A DNA stretch of 64,000 bases from Balamuthia mandrillaris (Eukaryota): the NCBI GenBank assembly GCA_031835245.2, contig JAVKOQ020000064.1, positions 1 through 64,000 of the forward strand. The letters are read 5' to 3'. Positions 1 to 12,675 of the stretch are shown piece after piece. Numbering within the stretch: position 1 is the stretch's first letter; the number at the start of each line of letters is the position of its first letter. The position numbers and the translations under genes were made by a program. The notes below the pieces were generated by a model that was not told the origin of the DNA, did not search any database, and saw only the letters and a program-made list of their open reading frames with translations.

Positions 1-119
1 AGGGTTAGGGTTAGGGTTAGGGTTAGGGTTAGGGTTAGGGTTAGGGTTAGGGTTAGGGTTAGGGTTAGGGTTAGGGTTAAGACTCTGGGCTATAAGGAGT
101 TAGGGTTAGGGTTAGGGTT
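1..119 (+). repeat. Telomere-type (TTAGGG)n array, interrupted at 80-99
   Basis: Perfect TTAGGG units at 1-79, a 20-bp spacer, then three more units at 100-117. G-rich strand is + at the left edge. Confidence 0.95.
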
Positions 120-1520
120 TTCTTCCTTGCATTTCATGTAGTCTGGTGCTTTTTCCAAGGCAGCAAGCATTATCTCATAGGTGAAGGTGCGAACTGTGTG
201 AATGGCTTGGTCAAGAGGCATACCAGCATCTACATATTCAAAGATAAAATCAAGAGACCCTGCATGACCCTTGGTTGCATCCCAGATCAGCTCAAAGTCT
301 TCTAGGCTGAAAACCTTCAAAATGTCCACGAGTTCCTTTCTTGTCGTTTCGTGATCCATGTAGCTGACAAGGTAGGGCCGGAATGACTCACGTGAGCGTA
401 GAAGATTGGTGGCCTCCACCCAGGTGTACTCAGACGTTTCTATTATGACACCAACAAGGCTGCGGCCCTGCTTCTTGGACTCAAGAGTGTGAAGGACATC
501 AGAAAGAAGGGCTTCCCCACCAATGTGATTCAAGTACTGAAGCTCACGCAGGATGACCAGTGGCCCAATGTGGGGTCGCTGGACGGTGAGCAGCTCTAGG
601 AACTCGATGAGCCCCTGAAAGTCTACGCCAAGGGTCACGTCAGTTGTGGCGAAGATGAACTGGAGGTAGGTGTCCAGGTCCCTGAGCCACTGGGCGTTGG
701 CAGCATCAACGAAGCTGGCTGCGCCCTCCAATTGGTAGTCGCTCAGCCAGCGTGAGAGGAAGTTGGGTGTCTTCTTGAGATGGGGTATCGTTGCCTTGTC
801 GTGGAGGTGCGCAGAGCAGACGTAGCAGGTTTGCAATTCAGCTGGCGTCAGGTCCAAGCCAGAGAGGGACTGCCGAACTTTGGTTCGGAAGTAGTGTACG
901 AAGTGGTCGTAGCCGCCCACCAAATCCTTGAGATCGATGTCAATGACGACGCGGCCCTGCTTCCTCCATAGCTCCGCCATCTCCTGAATGCCCTTCGACT
1001 TGCCAGTAGATTTTGGTCCCCACACTACTAGTGCATTGTGAGAAGGCAGGTTGCACGCGTACACAGATAGTTGCTGAAGGTATTTTCTCGAGTTGATGTA
1101 GGGGAGGTGATGCCAGAGCGGGCCAAGAGGACCGTCAAGGGAGGGAGGGAGAGGAGCAACTGGCTGGCAAAACGATTCTTTCATTGTGCTTGCTGCGTCT
1201 TTGAATCTCGCATCAGAACGTGCATCGTTGGGGCACGCTGCTTGAGCAGGTGGTGGATAGAGGATGCTATGGAGGACTAGACCACTACCGATAGCAATAG
1301 TGGCAAGAGCAAACACAAGCAGCGTCCGACGCAGCCATTTGGGTATCGCTGTATAAGTCCAAACGAGCCAAGCTATGCCAGCTAGGGCCAAAAGCCACAA
1401 CTCCAGGGGTTGTGAGCTCTTGGCCCACATAAAGGCCAGCAGGACGGGAACACCAAAGTGCCCCAGAAGGGAGTAGAGACCCACAGCCCGCACAGTCAAA
1501 ACGTTGGCCACCACGCCCAT
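90..1520 (-). CDS. Membrane-anchored P-loop ATPase (archaeal ATPase/AAA-like), intronless
   Basis: 476-aa ORF with three N-terminal hydrophobic helices, Walker A VVWGPKSTGKS, Walker B-like LVILRE, and a late GHAGSL motif. C-terminus ENPNPNPNSL is encoded by CCCTAA repeats. Confidence 0.7.
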   Translation of the reverse strand: MGVVANVLTVRAVGLYSLLGHFGVPVLLAFMWAKSSQPLELWLLALAGIAWLVWTYTAIPKWLRRTLLVFALATIAIGSGLVLHSILYPPPAQAACPNDARSDARFKDAASTMKESFCQPVAPLPPSLDGPLGPLWHHLPYINSRKYLQQLSVYACNLPSHNALVVWGPKSTGKSKGIQEMAELWRKQGRVVIDIDLKDLVGGYDHFVHYFRTKVRQSLSGLDLTPAELQTCYVCSAHLHDKATIPHLKKTPNFLSRWLSDYQLEGAASFVDAANAQWLRDLDTYLQFIFATTDVTLGVDFQGLIEFLELLTVQRPHIGPLVILRELQYLNHIGGEALLSDVLHTLESKKQGRSLVGVIIETSEYTWVEATNLLRSRESFRPYLVSYMDHETTRKELVDILKVFSLEDFELIWDATKGHAGSLDFIFEYVDAGMPLDQAIHTVRTFTYEIMLAALEKAPDYMKCKEENPNPNPNSL

Positions 1521-1901
1521 GACAAAACTTGCAGCAGCATTTCTCTTCTTAGGCTACGAAATTTCTGGAGTGGTTAAAAAAAAGTGAACAGAAAATGGCT
1601 AGGAAAAAATCCGCAGCAAATAAAGTCTCTGCGCTTTCCTGCTACATAGCGGGGGGAAATTTAGTGTCGACAAGGACTCCTAGGAGCAAACCAAACCATT
1701 GCGCGTTGGTCCTATGTTGGTTACAGGTGAGCAGACCGCTGCATGATTAAATTGGTGGACACCAGCAGCTGTGCTCAGGAAAACAGTTATGCACCACAAA
1801 GTCCAGTTGCTGTATTACGTTGTTTCTTTTTTTTCTCTCTTATTTCCTTTTCTTTACGAGAGCCAATTCAAATTACACGAACAATGAATGTTTTTATATT
1901 T

Positions 1902-3666
1902 CTACTGTTCTTCTCCTTTCTGCATCATCAAATAGCCAATGATGACTGCAACTAAGCACAGAGAGAAGAAGCCAATCACGCCAAAGATGATACCAAGGAT
2001 TATCGCCAGCTCGCCATCATTGGAGTCATCATCGTCATCGTTTTGTTCACCATCTTCACCTCCATCTTCACCATCTCCTGCAATAGGACCCCTCAATGGA
2101 CAGTCGCCGGTGCAATGGTTGTGATAGATGATGGTAACCTCGGATCCGATGGTGAGAGGATCCAATGTACCATCTCTGTCGATGTCACCCAATACAACCC
2201 CGTTGCTGTCTGAGCCTGCGCTGTTCAGATTGCGAGTGAACACGCCTGTTCCATCGTTCATCCACACCTCATTCAGAGCCCCAAAGTTAGCAACGTAGGC
2301 GTCCAAATCGCCATCCAAGTCTAAATTGAGAACATCATTAGAACCCCTTTACAAAGAAAAAAGAATGAGCGAGAGAGAGAGAGAATACGTCTGGAGAAAG
2401 AAAGCAAGAAACACAAAAAGACAGAATTGACACAAACACACCAAGATCGCCCAGCACAATGCCTGCGCTGTCTCCATTGCCAAGAGTTTGTGGCCCAAGT
2501 GTAAAGGTTCCATTCCCTCGGTTGAACCACACCTGGTTGCTTTGTCCGTCCCAGTTTGCCACAAATGCATCCAAGTCTCCATCTCCATCCTGTATTTTCA
2601 TGAAGTGAGCAGCAAGTGAGTGGAGCCAAACAGGAAATACGCAGCAAAAAACTCAAGACAAACACCTACCAGATCTCCTAATGCTACGCCTTGACTATCA
2701 TGGTTTCCCAAATCTTGTCCGCTGTTTGTGAATACTCCATTCCCATCATTAAAGAATACCTACGACGACAGACAGTAACTATCAAGTTAGGCCTGTCCTA
2801 ATTCTCCTTCCCTCTTCCTTCTTCATTTTCTGTTTCATCCTTTCTTTCTTTCATTCTCTTTCAGCTTTACTTCACTTTGAGTGCATCCTACTTACCTCAT
2901 CAGGTTGGTCATTGAAGTTGCAAACAAAAGCATCTGGCGCCGTGTCATTATTCAAATCAGCGATTGCCACCGCGAAACTGTTACGATCACCAAGAGTCTG
3001 TCCGCTGTCAAGCAAAAGACCAGTCCCGTTGTTCGTGTTCAAATATACTTTGTTCCCTACCGGAGAGATGTTAGTCACAAAAGCATCTAGCGCGCCATCT
3101 CCGTTTAGATCCACCAGAACAACGCCAGAGCTCGAGTCGCGGCCCAACTCTTGGCTCAACGCGAAAGTGCCGTCTCCGTTATTCAACCATACAGCGTTGG
3201 GCTCGCTAGAGGTGGTCGTTACAAAAATGTCCAAGAAAGTGTCGTTGTTGAGGTCGCCCATCGCGACCGCGAAGCTAGCATAATCTGTGCCAAAGGTTTG
3301 GTTGCTTTGCGTGAAAGTGCCATCTCCGTTGTTGATGAGGAGTACGTCGCTTGCCTCCTCATCCTCAATCGTGATGTAGAGATCGAGCTACAGGGGAACG
3401 AGTATTAGTGTTCGCCACGAGTGATAGGTAGGTTGGGTACCAACCCATTCGTCTCCGTTCACATCACCAAGGGCTCCTCCATTGCCAAGTGTTGTTGCAA
3501 TCGTCTGAACTTCTTCTCGTGTGCACACACAGTCCTGTCCTGAAACAAGTGTTCCGCACCACCCTGATAACAGAGCAAGAGCCAACACCACCCACCAGGA
3601 AGTAGCAGAAGCCGTTCCTCCGCGCCTTATGGCTTGTTGTTTGGCACAAAAGGAACGTCGTTCCAT
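1902..3666 (-). CDS. FG-GAP/VCBS-repeat type I transmembrane protein (multi-exon)
   Basis: Signal peptide (WWVVLALALLSGWCGTLVSG); repeated Ca-binding loops GDVNGD, GDLNNDTFLD, DLNGDGALD, ADLNNDTAPD, DGDGDLD, GDIDRDGTLD; acidic stalk; TM helix AIILGIIFGVIGFFSLCLVAVIIGYL; short tail. GT-AG introns. Confidence 0.85.
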
Positions 3667-3853
3667 CTTCTCGGGTGCGTGATGTTGGAGTTAGCTGGAG
3701 GTCAGCAGAGCACAGCACAGGAGGCCTCCTTCTTTCGTTTTCGACGCAAAGCGACACTTTCCTTTTATGTTACTGTCGACAGGGAAGAAGAGCGATCGTA
3801 AAAGCCACCGCAACAACAACAAGGTGCGAAGAAAGAAGAGAAATAGACAAACT

Positions 3854-6800
3854 TCATTGGCTTGGGATTATACATGACCACTTCTTACACCAAGAACGAG
3901 CACCATCTTTACAACTTGGCTCTCTTCTTCTTGTCCTTGTCATTTCTTCTGATCTTTTCCAAAATAGCTGGCACTGGCAGAGAAGAAAGGAATGCAAAAG
4001 GTTAGCAGGCTGCGCAGAAAACAAAGGAAGAGAGAGGACGGAATGAATCAACAAACCATTGGGACGCGCTGGCTGCTCTGCTGGTTCTATTTCCAGGAAC
4101 TCTTCGCTGACAAGCTGTACTCTGACACCTAGGCCCCTCAGCTTCTTCAAGATCTTGTGAGCTTCTCTCTCTCCAGCTTGGGCTGCACCGTCCATGTATC
4201 TGTGTCATCACAACAAAGAACAGAGTCAATACAAGCAAGAGCAAGAAAAACAAGAAAAGAAACTGTACCCCATCCAGCGGGTGGCTGTCTCTGTTCCTGC
4301 AAAGTGGATTGGTCCTACTCTCTTTCTTAGCACTTTACCGCTGTTCAAATCAAAGATATTGCAGGGAGTGAGAAAGATGAGACACGTGGGTTCTTATTCG
4401 TTTTAAAAAAATGAAAGAGAAAAGAACGTACAATTGAGTCATGACGTTGGGAGACATCACACCTGTTTTAGATAACAAATATCATCAAGAAAACAAAAGT
4501 GTGATCAGTAAAATGTGAAAAAACAAGAGGAATACCACTGTGTGACAAAGTAAAACGCACTGAAGTAACAGCCGCCTGAAAATTGCTCAGCACTCCAATT
4601 CTTTTCCACGTATGTCAGTGGATGTAACGCCTCCTCACAGCCAAATAGCCTGTAATATTGTTCGCAAATCTTTGGATTCAAAATGAGAAAAAGGAATAAG
4701 CACAGTCATGATAAGAATCTCAACAGAGGGAAAAGATTCACAAAGTAGTACCGCTTTCTTTCTCTCTTCTGGAGAGCAGTCAGCCCAGATGCGGCCATGC
4801 TTGGCGTTCACAAATCCCATCAACGCATGTGCAGAACCATCCTTTTGGGTTGCAGAGAGAAAGGGAGAGATGAGAGAAAGGGAGAGATGAGAGATGAGAG
4901 ATGAGAGAAAGGGAGAGATGAGAGATGAGAGATGAGAGATGAGAGAAAGGGAGAGATGAGAGATGAGATGAGAGATGAGAGATGAGAAGAGAAGAGAGAT
5001 GAGAGATGAGAGATGAGAGATGAGAGATGAGAGATGAGAGATGAGAGAAAGGAGAGTGAGAAAGAGAGAGATGAGAGATAGAGATGAGAGATGAGAGATG
5101 AGAGATGAGAGATGAGAGATGAGAGATGAGAGATGAGAGATGAGAGAGATGAGAGATGAGAGATGAGAGATGAGAGATGAGAGATGAGAGATGAGAGATG
5201 AGAGATGAGAGATGAGAGATGAGAGATGAGAGATGAGAGATGAGAGATGAGAGATGAGAGATGAGAGATGAGATGAGAGATGAGAGATGAGAGATGAGAG
5301 ATGAGAGATGAGAGATGAGAGATGAGAGATGAGAGATGAGAGATGAGAGATGAGAGATGAGAGATGAGAGATGAGAGATGAGAGATGAGAGATGAAAGAA
5401 TGTGCTTACAGGTTTGCAGTCATCATAACCATAGAGTACTGGACCCTGGTCGTTGATAATCACCCCAGAATAACCTTTTTCTCTCCAAAAAGGTTTTTTG
5501 TAGTACATGTTGGTTTTGATGATGCTGCCCATTGGCATGCGTTGGGCCATTTGATTTTTTAGTACTGGAAGACCCGGCTCAAAGCCTGTACACAAATATG
5601 TTCAGGGAACAAATGAAGAGGAGAGAGGCACTTGACAGAGAAGCATAGGAAGAGCACAGACGAAAAGGGAACAGATGAAATACAGGAATAAGGGACAGTA
5701 CCTAACGTGTTGTAAAGGGTAGGAGGGAGTGCTACAATCACAAAGCGTGCTCTATACAAAGTGGGTCCCGCTTTAGATGAAGGATAAACAGTTAAAGTAA
5801 CACCCTTGTCGCTCCACTCCACACATCTCACAGGGCTATTTAGAACAATGCGGTCGCCTAAAACAAAATATGGAATCAATAAGAAAATGGCACGAATAAA
5901 ACAAGAGCAAGGACAAAATAAGTACCAAGACGTTTGGCCATTGCGATAGATATCGACTGAGAGCCTGTAACAAACTTACTTTCTTGAGCTCCATTGATAG
6001 TGTCTGAGGCGCGGTTGAGTAAACATGGAAAACCAAACCAATGGTTTTAAAAAAAACTGCTCTAGGGTTGCGGGAAAGGTTGGACGTACCGATGATTCTT
6101 TTCCAGCCATCATTACAGTTGACAAACCACAAAAAGTAAAGGAAGGAAATCTCGTTTGTCTCAGAGCAGAACAAGGAAGCAATGGCTGAGCCGATTGTAT
6201 CTTTCGCTTCGCTATTAAACAAAAACAAAGAACAAGAAATGAAAGAAAGAAACAAAAACACTTGGTTAAGAGCATTCCGCGAAGACTGGAAGGAAACAGA
6301 TGCTTTACTTGGTCCAGCTCGTTCTGTCAAGCCAATCCTTCACAGATATCTTATCCCACTCAGCAGCGTGCTCTGCGAGCCAAGGCTTATCGCGAGGTAC
6401 CTATGTAGTATGCAACGTGAGCTCTACATCCCATCATTGACACATTGCTCTCCCGCTTCTCTCCTCTCATTTTTTCTATCTCTCCTCTTCTCCTCTTGTT
6501 GCGCCCTCTTCTTCTTTTCAAACAAACCATCTCGCTTAGCCTACCCATCTCATGTTCGAGGTTGTTCATATCCAACACAGCGTTCCATGGGAACGCAGGA
6601 TATTCGCCTGTTTGAAAAAAATAGCTCTTTTAACAAACGTTGCCCACAACACAGGAAAGGCGCTTGCACAAAACACAAACCTTCAGGGAACTCTGTTTGT
6701 TTGCCCTGCAAGTTTACAATCGACGTTCCTGTATGTCAACACAACCAAGAAGAAACGCAAGCTGAAAATTAAAAGAAAGAACAAGAAGAAAAGGAAAGAC

Positions 6801-7204
6801 AAGAACAAAGAATGAGCAGACACACACACACACACAACACACACACACACATTGAATCCAAACCTTCAACAAATACAGGGTAAGTCTCCACCCCAAATTC
6901 TTTGGCTATTCTCATAATGCGATCTTGTGTCGGGCCAATGTACGCGCCGCCGACGTCGCAGTGTATGGTCTTCTTCTTGGTGCCGTAATCAAGGGTTACA
7001 TCGGTGGAACAGGTCCGTCCGCCAACACGATCTCTGGCCTCAAGAACCAGCACATCCGCTCCTGACTGGAGAAAGAGTTTTGTAAAAAACCACCAGAGGG
7101 ACAAAGCAAAAACGTAGAAACCAAACCTTGTCAAGATAAACCGCAGCGCTGAGGCCGGAGACGCCAGCACCAATCACGATGACATCCCATACTTTATCCG
7201 CCAT
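3854..7204 (-). CDS. MAO: Flavin monoamine oxidase (MAO-A/B family), many exons
   Basis: [21 protein letters not shown] (Rossmann GxGxxG), [50 protein letters not shown] (covalent-FAD Cys motif), [25 protein letters not shown]. 3' end uncertain. Confidence 0.9.
4855..5396 (+). repeat. (GAGATGA)n heptamer satellite in MAO intron
   Basis: About 540 bp of tandem GAGATGA with variants; pyrimidine-rich on the MAO coding strand. Confidence 0.95.
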
Positions 7205-7743
7205 TTGTTATTTTTATTTATTTTTTGTTTTGCTTCGTGTTCTCTATCAAGAAGGTCAGCCGGGAATCACAAGCTGCAAGAAACAAACTTTGGCGTTGTC
7301 GCTACCAAGCCAAAACAACAGCTTCAATGGAACCAGGTCGCTTTCTTTCTTCGTATGGTGCACGCCTTCCTTTTCTTCGACGTTTTTCCGGCGTCCAGTC
7401 CGGCTCTTTTCTCCGGTTGAGAGATGAATTTTCGGGAACATTTCGATGCGAAATTTCGAATTGGCGCTCGGAAGCGACCCCTCGTGCATGAGAATGAGAA
7501 GAATGTTGGAAAACCGATTTCTTGTCGACAGCTTTATTTAACAAAAAGAAAAGAAAGAAAGAAAAGCAGCAACTCTTCTCTTTTGTTCTTGCGTGTCAAG
7601 GGGGGGCAGCGAAGAAAAAGCCACGCTTTTTGCTGAAGCATAGGACGACGTTGTTGGCATAATTTAAATAGCTCTTCTCGTTCTTCTTTTTTAAAAACCA
7701 TTTGGTTTCCTTTTTATTTATACAAAAGAAAGAACAAAGCGTC

Positions 7744-8364
7744 ATGTCGAAGGACGAAAAGCTCACCCGTATTGCTATTGTTTCCAGTGATCGCTGCAAG
7801 CCCAAGCGCTGCAGGCAGGAATGCAAGCGCTCCTGTCCTGTCGTTAAGATGGGCAAGCTCTGCATTGAGGTCACACCCACCTCTAAGATCGCTTGGATTT
7901 CTGAAGAGCTTTGCATTGGTTGCGGTATTTGCGTGAAGGTTGTATTCTCACTCCTTTTCTCCCTTCTCTGCTTTTTCTGTTGTCGCTTATCTCGCTCTCT
8001 CGCTCTCTCTCTCTCTCTCTTTCTCTGTTCTAACTTTCCTCTCAAACATCTGCGCACTCACGCACATATAGAAATGTCCGTTCAAGGCCATTCAAATCAT
8101 TAACTTGCCCAAAAACTTGGACAAGGACACTACGCACCGCTACGGCAACAACGCCTTCAAGCTTCACAGGCTGCCCACCCCTCGCCCTGGCCAAGTGCTC
8201 GGATTGGTCGGCACAAACGGTATTGGCAAGTCCACTGCTCTCAAGATCCTTGCTGGCAAACTCAAGCCCAACCTTGGACGCTATGACGTTAGTTTCCCTC
8301 CTCCATTTTCTCATTTTTTTTTTGCTCTCTTGCTTCTATCTTTTCCGTTTTGCTTGTTCTTTCT

Positions 8365-8423
<59 letters not shown>

Positions 8424-9916
8424 CTCCTCTTTGGTAAAGAAACTTAACTGACGCGTATTACCAACAACAGAACCCACCGGACTGGCAAGAAATCTTGACT
8501 CACTTCAGAGGTTCGGAGTTGCAAAACTTCTTCACCAAAATCCTGGAAGACAACCTCAAAGCCATTATCAAGCCGCAATATGTGGACCACATCCCGCGTG
8601 CCGTCAAAGGCAACGTGCAAAGAGTGCTGATCACCAAGGACGAGCGCAAGAAGAAGGAAGAAATCATCGATGTGCTGGACCTGGCCAAGGTCTTGGACAG
8701 AGAGGTAGCTGCCCTCTCCGGAGGAGAGCTGCAGCGTTTCGCCATCGGTGTGGTGTGCGTGCAAGAGGCAGACATCTACATGTTCGATGAGCCCTCCAGT
8801 TACCTTGATGTTCGTCAACGCCTTCGCGCAGCTCGCATCATCCGCACGCTGCTGCAGCCCGACAAGTTCGTGATTGCGGTGGAGCACGATCTGAGCGTGT
8901 TGGACTACCTCTCCGACTTTATTTGCTGCCTGTATGGCGTGCCGGGAGCCTACGGTGTGGTGACACTACCCTTCAGCGTGCGCGAAGGTATCAACATCTT
9001 CCTTGCTGGCTTCATTCCTACCGAGAATCTTCGTTTCCGCGACATCTCCCTCTCCTTCAAGATGCAGACCACCGCCGAGGAGGACACCGTCAAGGACAGC
9101 AAGCAGCACTTCCGCTACAGCTATCCCTCCATGGTGAAGACCTTCTCCACCCCAGCTGCTGCCGGCCAAGCTGCCGGTGGCTTCAAGCTCAACATCGAGA
9201 GCGGAGACTTTACTGACTCGGAGATCGTGGTGCTGCTGGGACAGAACGGAACGGGCAAGACCACCTTTATCCGTATGTTGGCCGGCATCATTGCCCCTGA
9301 TGACGCTAGCGTGCAGATTCCCAAGCTCAACGTCTCCTACAAACCCCAGAAGATCAGCCCCAAGTTTGACGGCACCGTCAAGGACCTCCTCTTGAAGAAG
9401 ATCAGGGCGGCCTTTACCCACGCGCAGTTCAACACGGACGTGCTGAAACCCTTGCTCATCGAGCCTCTCCTCGATCAAGAAGTCAGTCACCTTTCTGGAG
9501 GCGAGTTGCAGCGTGTAGCCCTTTGCTTGGCCCTCGGCAAGCCCGCCGACATCTACCTCATTGACGAGCCCTCGGCCTACCTCGACTCTGAGCAGCGTAT
9601 CGTGGCAGCCAAGGTCATCAAGAGGTTCATCCTCCACGCCAAGAAGACTGCTTTCATTGTAGAGCACGATTTCATCATGGCAACCTACCTCGCCGACCGC
9701 GTCATCGTCTACGAGGGTGAGGCCTCTGTAGACTGCAAGGCCAACGCCCCCGAGTCCCTCCTCACCGGCATGAACAAGTTCTTGGAGAACCTCGACATCA
9801 CCTTCCGTCGCGACCCCACCAACTACCGGCCTCGTATCAACAAGTTGGACTCTGTGAAGGACTCTGAGCAGAAGAAGTCTGGCAACTACTTCTTCATGGA
9901 TAACACGGACGAATAA
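7744..9916 (+). CDS. ABCE1: ABCE1/RLI1 ribosome recycling ATPase; exons 7744-7938, 8072-8287, 8471-9916
   Basis: N-terminal Fe-S domain [24 protein letters not shown]...[13 protein letters not shown]; two ABC domains ([24 protein letters not shown]); C-terminus [23 protein letters not shown]. Confidence 0.98.
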
Positions 9917-10471
9917 GGGTATGGACCCAGCAAAACTTTTGCGCTTCAGCATTTGACTCGGAGTTCTCCCCGAGCAGATGTGAGTGAATGGCCTCAACGA
10001 TGCAGCAACAACCAACAACCCATTTTCTCCTTTGTTTTTTTCCCTCCTGTCTGCTCTCCCTCCTTCTTGAATCTACCTCCTGGTTTTTTTCTTTTGTGAT
10101 GTGCAGGTAGAGCACTCTCCTATGAATAACATTTGAGACTATTTTGTAGTTTTTTCGTTAAAAAAAAAAGAACAAAAAGCGGCCCAATTTGCTCCGGTCG
10201 TTATGACAACTTTGATGGTTGCCAGGCAGGGTTCCTGGTTGCCCAGCATTCAAAACCCCAAAATGCGTGCCGCCCAGATCCAACGGAGATGGTGGTGGAG
10301 TGTTTCGTGCGTAGTTGTGTGAACAAAAAATAAGAGGAACAGAGAAAAAACCACCCTCCCTCGTACGCTTCGCTTTGCCTTGCTGCCCCGTCTGTTCTCG
10401 TCATTGCCTTCCCTTTCAACGAACGTACTTCTTTTTTGCAAACACGTAAGAAAGCAAGGCAAGCTAAAGGT

Positions 10472-10826
10472 ATGGGGGAAAAGGGCACGGACACAGATAG
10501 CTGGAGTTTTATAGGGCTGCACCAATTCTATGATTGTCTCAGCTGTGCTACCTGCTTGGAGAGCTGGTAAGGCTGCGCCCCCTTCAGGCCTTATCTTTTG
10601 TCTTCTGTTTCCTATCTGGTTCCTTTTTGGTGCCGCCTAACCTTGTGTTTGTCCTTTGTCAAAGGTTGCTGGTGGTGGACCAGAGAACCCCGCAAGAGTT
10701 TGCTGCGCGACATGTAAAAAGTTCCCTTTCCTTTCATGATTCTTTGCACCAGGTATGTTCAAGCAATCATAGGAGAGAAAAAAGCAAAGAAGAAAGAGAG
10801 AAAGGGAGAGAAACCGAACCAAAACA

Positions 10827-10866
<40 letters not shown>

Positions 10867-12069
10867 CGAAGAGGAAAAGAGGGGAGAGGATTCTATTGCT
10901 GATGGCCTACTCTTTTGTTGCAGACGGACGGTGACAAAGCTTATCGGCTTTGGAAGGCAACACAAAGGATAGCCTGTACAGATAAATGCGAAGAGGATTG
11001 CAGAGGACCTTGTAGGCGAGCAAGCGTTGGTCGTATCGTTCTCATCCCGTCCACCTCATCTTCCAACAATGTGGAACGGAAGAGAAATGATGTGCAGCAC
11101 ATCAAAGCCTTTGTTCAATTCGTCAAAGGCACTCCTGGTTTATCTTCTGACGTTCAAGTCTTTGTTTATACAGGTTTGTGTTTCATTAGTTTCATATGTG
11201 CATTATTCAATGTTTTCTTACAATCATGTTCTGTGGGACAGATAGCATAGCAGAACTTTACAAAGCCTATCCCTTTGTATGTTGTTCCTCTTCTGAGAGT
11301 GAGTCATCTCCTAGCTTAGAACGTTATGAGTCATGGCCCACCAGAATCCTTCCTCACCTTTTTCTGGGAGACTACAGTTCAGCCACTGCAGCTCCAGTGC
11401 TGCGGCGGTGGGGCATCACTCACATCATCAACGTTACTCATGAACCTAATTATTTTCAATGTAACAATACCTCACCACGAACCTCTTCTTCATATCCTTC
11501 TTCTCCGTTGGCTACTCATAGCAGTGTTGCGAGGTCATCAGCATCTTCAAATTCGTCTTCAAGGCAGGACGCACCTGGAGCTTCTAAGGACTCATTTCAG
11601 TATCTGAGGATTGCTGTTTCTGACAGTTCGAAACAGTCAATAGCGGAGTACTTTGAGACCGCCATTTCATTTATTGGTTAGTAGTTGGATTTGTACTCTT
11701 TGTTATTTTTCTTTTGTTTTTGAGCTGGCTCATTCTATTATTTCAGAGGAGGCACGGAAAGAATCCTCTGCTGTCTTGGTGCATTGTATAGCTGGTATGT
11801 GCTCCCTTTCTTGTTCTTTTCTCCTTCGTCATTTCTTCTTTGCTCGTTCCTCTCTCTCTCTCTCGACGTAACCAGCCTTGAAAAAAACAGGTATAAGCAG
11901 GTCAACAACTATAGTGTTGGCTTACTTGATGAAGACAGAAGGATGGAGCCTTGATAAGGCCTATCGATTTGTAAGAGCAAAACGGCACATCATCGAACCA
12001 AACCGAGGGTTCATGCAACAGCTAGCCCTCTACGAACAGACCCTCTTCGCCTCCGAAGAAGAATGCTAA
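10472..12069 (+). CDS. Dual-specificity (MAPK-type) phosphatase with N-terminal rhodanese-like domain
   Basis: LLVVDQRTPQEFAARHVKSS (rhodanese-like), WPTRILPHLFLGD, GITHIINVT, catalytic VLVHCIAG|ISRSTTIVLAYLM, IEPNRGFMQQL. Start codon inferred from splicing. Confidence 0.88.
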
Positions 12070-12094
12070 AGTATGTATTTCTTTGTTTGACTGT

Positions 12095-12500
12095 TTAAAC
12101 AAAGAAACGCAAGATGTACATCAAGTCTGTCACTTGTGTTTTGCTTTGGATGTCCAGGGCGGCTCGAAGTTTTACATGTTCGTGGTTGCTGTTGAGGAAC
12201 GGACTCTGGTGCAGGCAATTCGTAAGGCGTATGAAAGAAGTCAGGTTGAACACTTCTTCAATCTGAGGCTGAATGGAAGTGAAACCTTATCCTGATTTTG
12301 TAACGATAACCTTATCGTGAGGAAGATGTTCTGTGGATGCCAACCACCAAAGTGGAGCTCTTTGTAGGTCTCCAACCACTGGCATTGAGCAGGTCGAACA
12401 AACCACTACACATCAAGAAGAGGTTCGGAATGAGGCAGGGGGTTGGGATGTGCTCAAAGATGAGCAGCTGAAGTTCCTTTGGCAGGTCCAACAATGAGCT
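12095..12500 (-). pseudogene. Degenerate F-box gene relic
   Basis: LLDLPKELQLLIFEHIPTPCLIPNLFLMC is homologous to the adjacent F-box motif but is followed by stops and has no SPRY domain. Confidence 0.55.
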
Positions 12501-12675
12501 TCCCTCACGCGTTCATGCTAACCAACCCTTTCGGTGTGTTCCTGTATGAGAAGTAAAAGAAACCATAACGAATCGTTTTTGTATTATCTCGTCCACATAC
12601 AAACTCTGCGTTACAACAGGCATACTTGGCTTCCGTTTAAGTTCAATCAGTGGTGCTTAATTAAAAGTTACGATG

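Noticed and set aside
1..79. True left chromosome telomere
   Set aside because: Wrong strand orientation for a left end; kept only as a repeat and a finding.
4780..5595. Long ORFs through microsatellites (SSLISHL, CLFV, QRQR, ETET, SFFL etc.)
   Set aside because: Stop-free translations of intronic or intergenic repeats; flanking exons splice in frame around them.
8966..10018. 350-aa antisense ORF over ABCE1 (and similar antisense ORFs over the sirtuin, LRR and USP genes)
   Set aside because: Shadow ORFs from GC-rich codon bias; no recognisable motifs.
12304..12319. ACGATAA-CC-TTATCGT inverted repeat and other CGATAA motifs (about 37370-37460)
   Set aside because: Too short and too few to call a transposon end or regulatory site.
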